A stretch of DNA of 63,956 nucleotides, filler included, from Reclinomonas americana ATCC 50394 (lineage: Eukaryota), in assembly GCA_048213135.1 (NCBI GenBank). It is 13 parts of 13 records of this genome, joined end to end, with 100 filler letters (N's around TTAATTAATTAA, not from the genome) between each part and the next. Parts side by side here need not be neighbours in the genome. Positions count along the whole stretch, not along the records: positions 62,846 to 63,956 come from AFZH01019843.1; 12 more parts are not named here. One strand, 5' to 3'. Positions within the stretch are counted from its first letter, which is position 1, and every line of letters starts with the position of its first letter. Below the pieces are notes generated by a model, which was given only the letters and a program-made list of their open reading frames with translations, did no database searches and was not told where the DNA came from. Below, one piece after another: positions 62,847 to 63,956 of this stretch. The translations under genes were made by a program, and so were the position numbers.

Positions 62847-63956
62847 AGCGTGATCGCCGCGCCGGTGATGGGTGATCTCGGCATCGGGCCGGCCGAGTTC
62901 GGCCTGTTGGGGGCCGCCTGGTTCATCGCCTTCGCGCTGGCGCAGTTCCCGGTCGGCTGGGCGCTCGACCGGCTCGGGCCGCGCCGGACGGTGGCGGTGA
63001 CCATGGCGATCGGCTCGGTCGGCGCCTTCCTGTTCGCGCAGGCGGGAAATGCCGACCTCGCCACTGCGGCGATGGCGCTGGTCGGCATCGGCTGCTCGCC
63101 CATCTTCATGTCGTCGCTCTATCTGTTCGCGCGGACGGAGGCGCCGGCGCGTTTCGGCCTGCTGACCTCGGTCTTCATCGGCCTCGGCTCACTCGGCAAT
63201 CTCGTCGGCGCTGCGCCTTTGGCGCTGGCGGCGCAGGCGTATGGCTGGCGCCCGACCATGTTCGCCTTCGCCGTGGCCTTCCTGCTCGCGACCGTGCTCG
63301 CAGCCGCGCTGGTGCGCGATCCGCCTGAGGTCACCGACGCCTCCGGGAAGCATGAGGGCCTGCTGCAGGGACTCAGGAGCATTGCGGCGATCGGGCCGCT
63401 CTGGCTGCTCGCGCCGATCACCCTTGTCGGCTACGCCATCATCGCGACGGCGCGAGGTCTCTGGATCGCGCCCTATATGACGCAGGTCCATGGGCTCGAC
63501 GGCATCGCCGCCGGCCATGCGGCGCTCGGCATGGCGACGATGATGGTCGTCGGCGCCTTCGTCTATGGCGCGCTGCAGAAGCGGGCCGGCCGCAGCAAGC
63601 CGCTGGTCGCCTGGGGAACCGCGGCCACGGGCGTCGCCTTCGCGCTCCTGGCGCTGATCGGCGCGCAGTCGCTGGCCGGTGCCATTCTGCTCTTCGCCAT
63701 CATCGGCGGAACGGGCTTCACCTACGCGATCCTGATGGCGCATGCGCGCCAGTTCTTCCCCGAGCATCTGGTTGGGCGCGGCATGACCTTCGTCAATTTC
63801 CTGTTCATTGCAGGAGCCGGGCTGATCCAATGGGGCTCCGGCTGGTTCGTGGCAGCGCAGCGGGCCGCCGGGCAGGGGGCGGCGGTCGCCTTCGCCAACA
63901 TGCACTGGGGCTTTGCGGCGCTGCTGCTGGTCTCGACCGCGATCTACCTGGCGACG
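62847..63956 (+). CDS. Bacterial MFS transporter (partial at both ends, alphaproteobacterial-like)
   Basis: Intronless high-GC frame SVIAAPVMGDLG...QFPVGWALDRLGPRR (MFS motif A)...YGWR...LVRDPP, with many TM segments. Not in the ORF track because it lacks a start and stop. Confidence 0.88.

Noticed and set aside
62846..63956. Horizontal transfer of an MFS gene into the eukaryote
   Set aside because: It is separated by an artificial linker, with no physical linkage visible.

Overview
The window is 13 assembly pieces joined by artificial 100-nt N/TTAATTAATTAA/N linkers. Pieces 1-12 (1-62745) come from a gene-dense, intron-rich microbial eukaryote. It uses the standard genetic code and has mostly 55-100-nt GT-AG introns; an LRRC34-like gene suggests it is flagellated. 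Several genes run colinearly across linkers. The last piece (62846-63956) is an intronless, high-GC bacterial MFS gene. Genes reconstructed by manual splicing include: Furry/MOR2-like, RGS-domain, LRRC34-like, atypical thioredoxin, AFG2B/SPATA5L1-like AAA ATPase, a kinase-HECT fusion, an ankyrin protein, COPE, an RDH-type SDR and an ABCG half-transporter. Two signals stand out. (1) About 30 introns use a +1-shifted 5' splice site (GTTGCGT/GTTGAGT, i.e. GTYNNGT), several fixed by conserved protein motifs. (2) A tandemly duplicated ~6.4-kb head-to-head gene pair couples a TLDc-IFI44-like GTPase to a TLDc protein with an uncharacterised alpha/beta C-terminal domain, a candidate protist innate-immune module. 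All calls are by eye without database searches, and exon boundaries are approximate.
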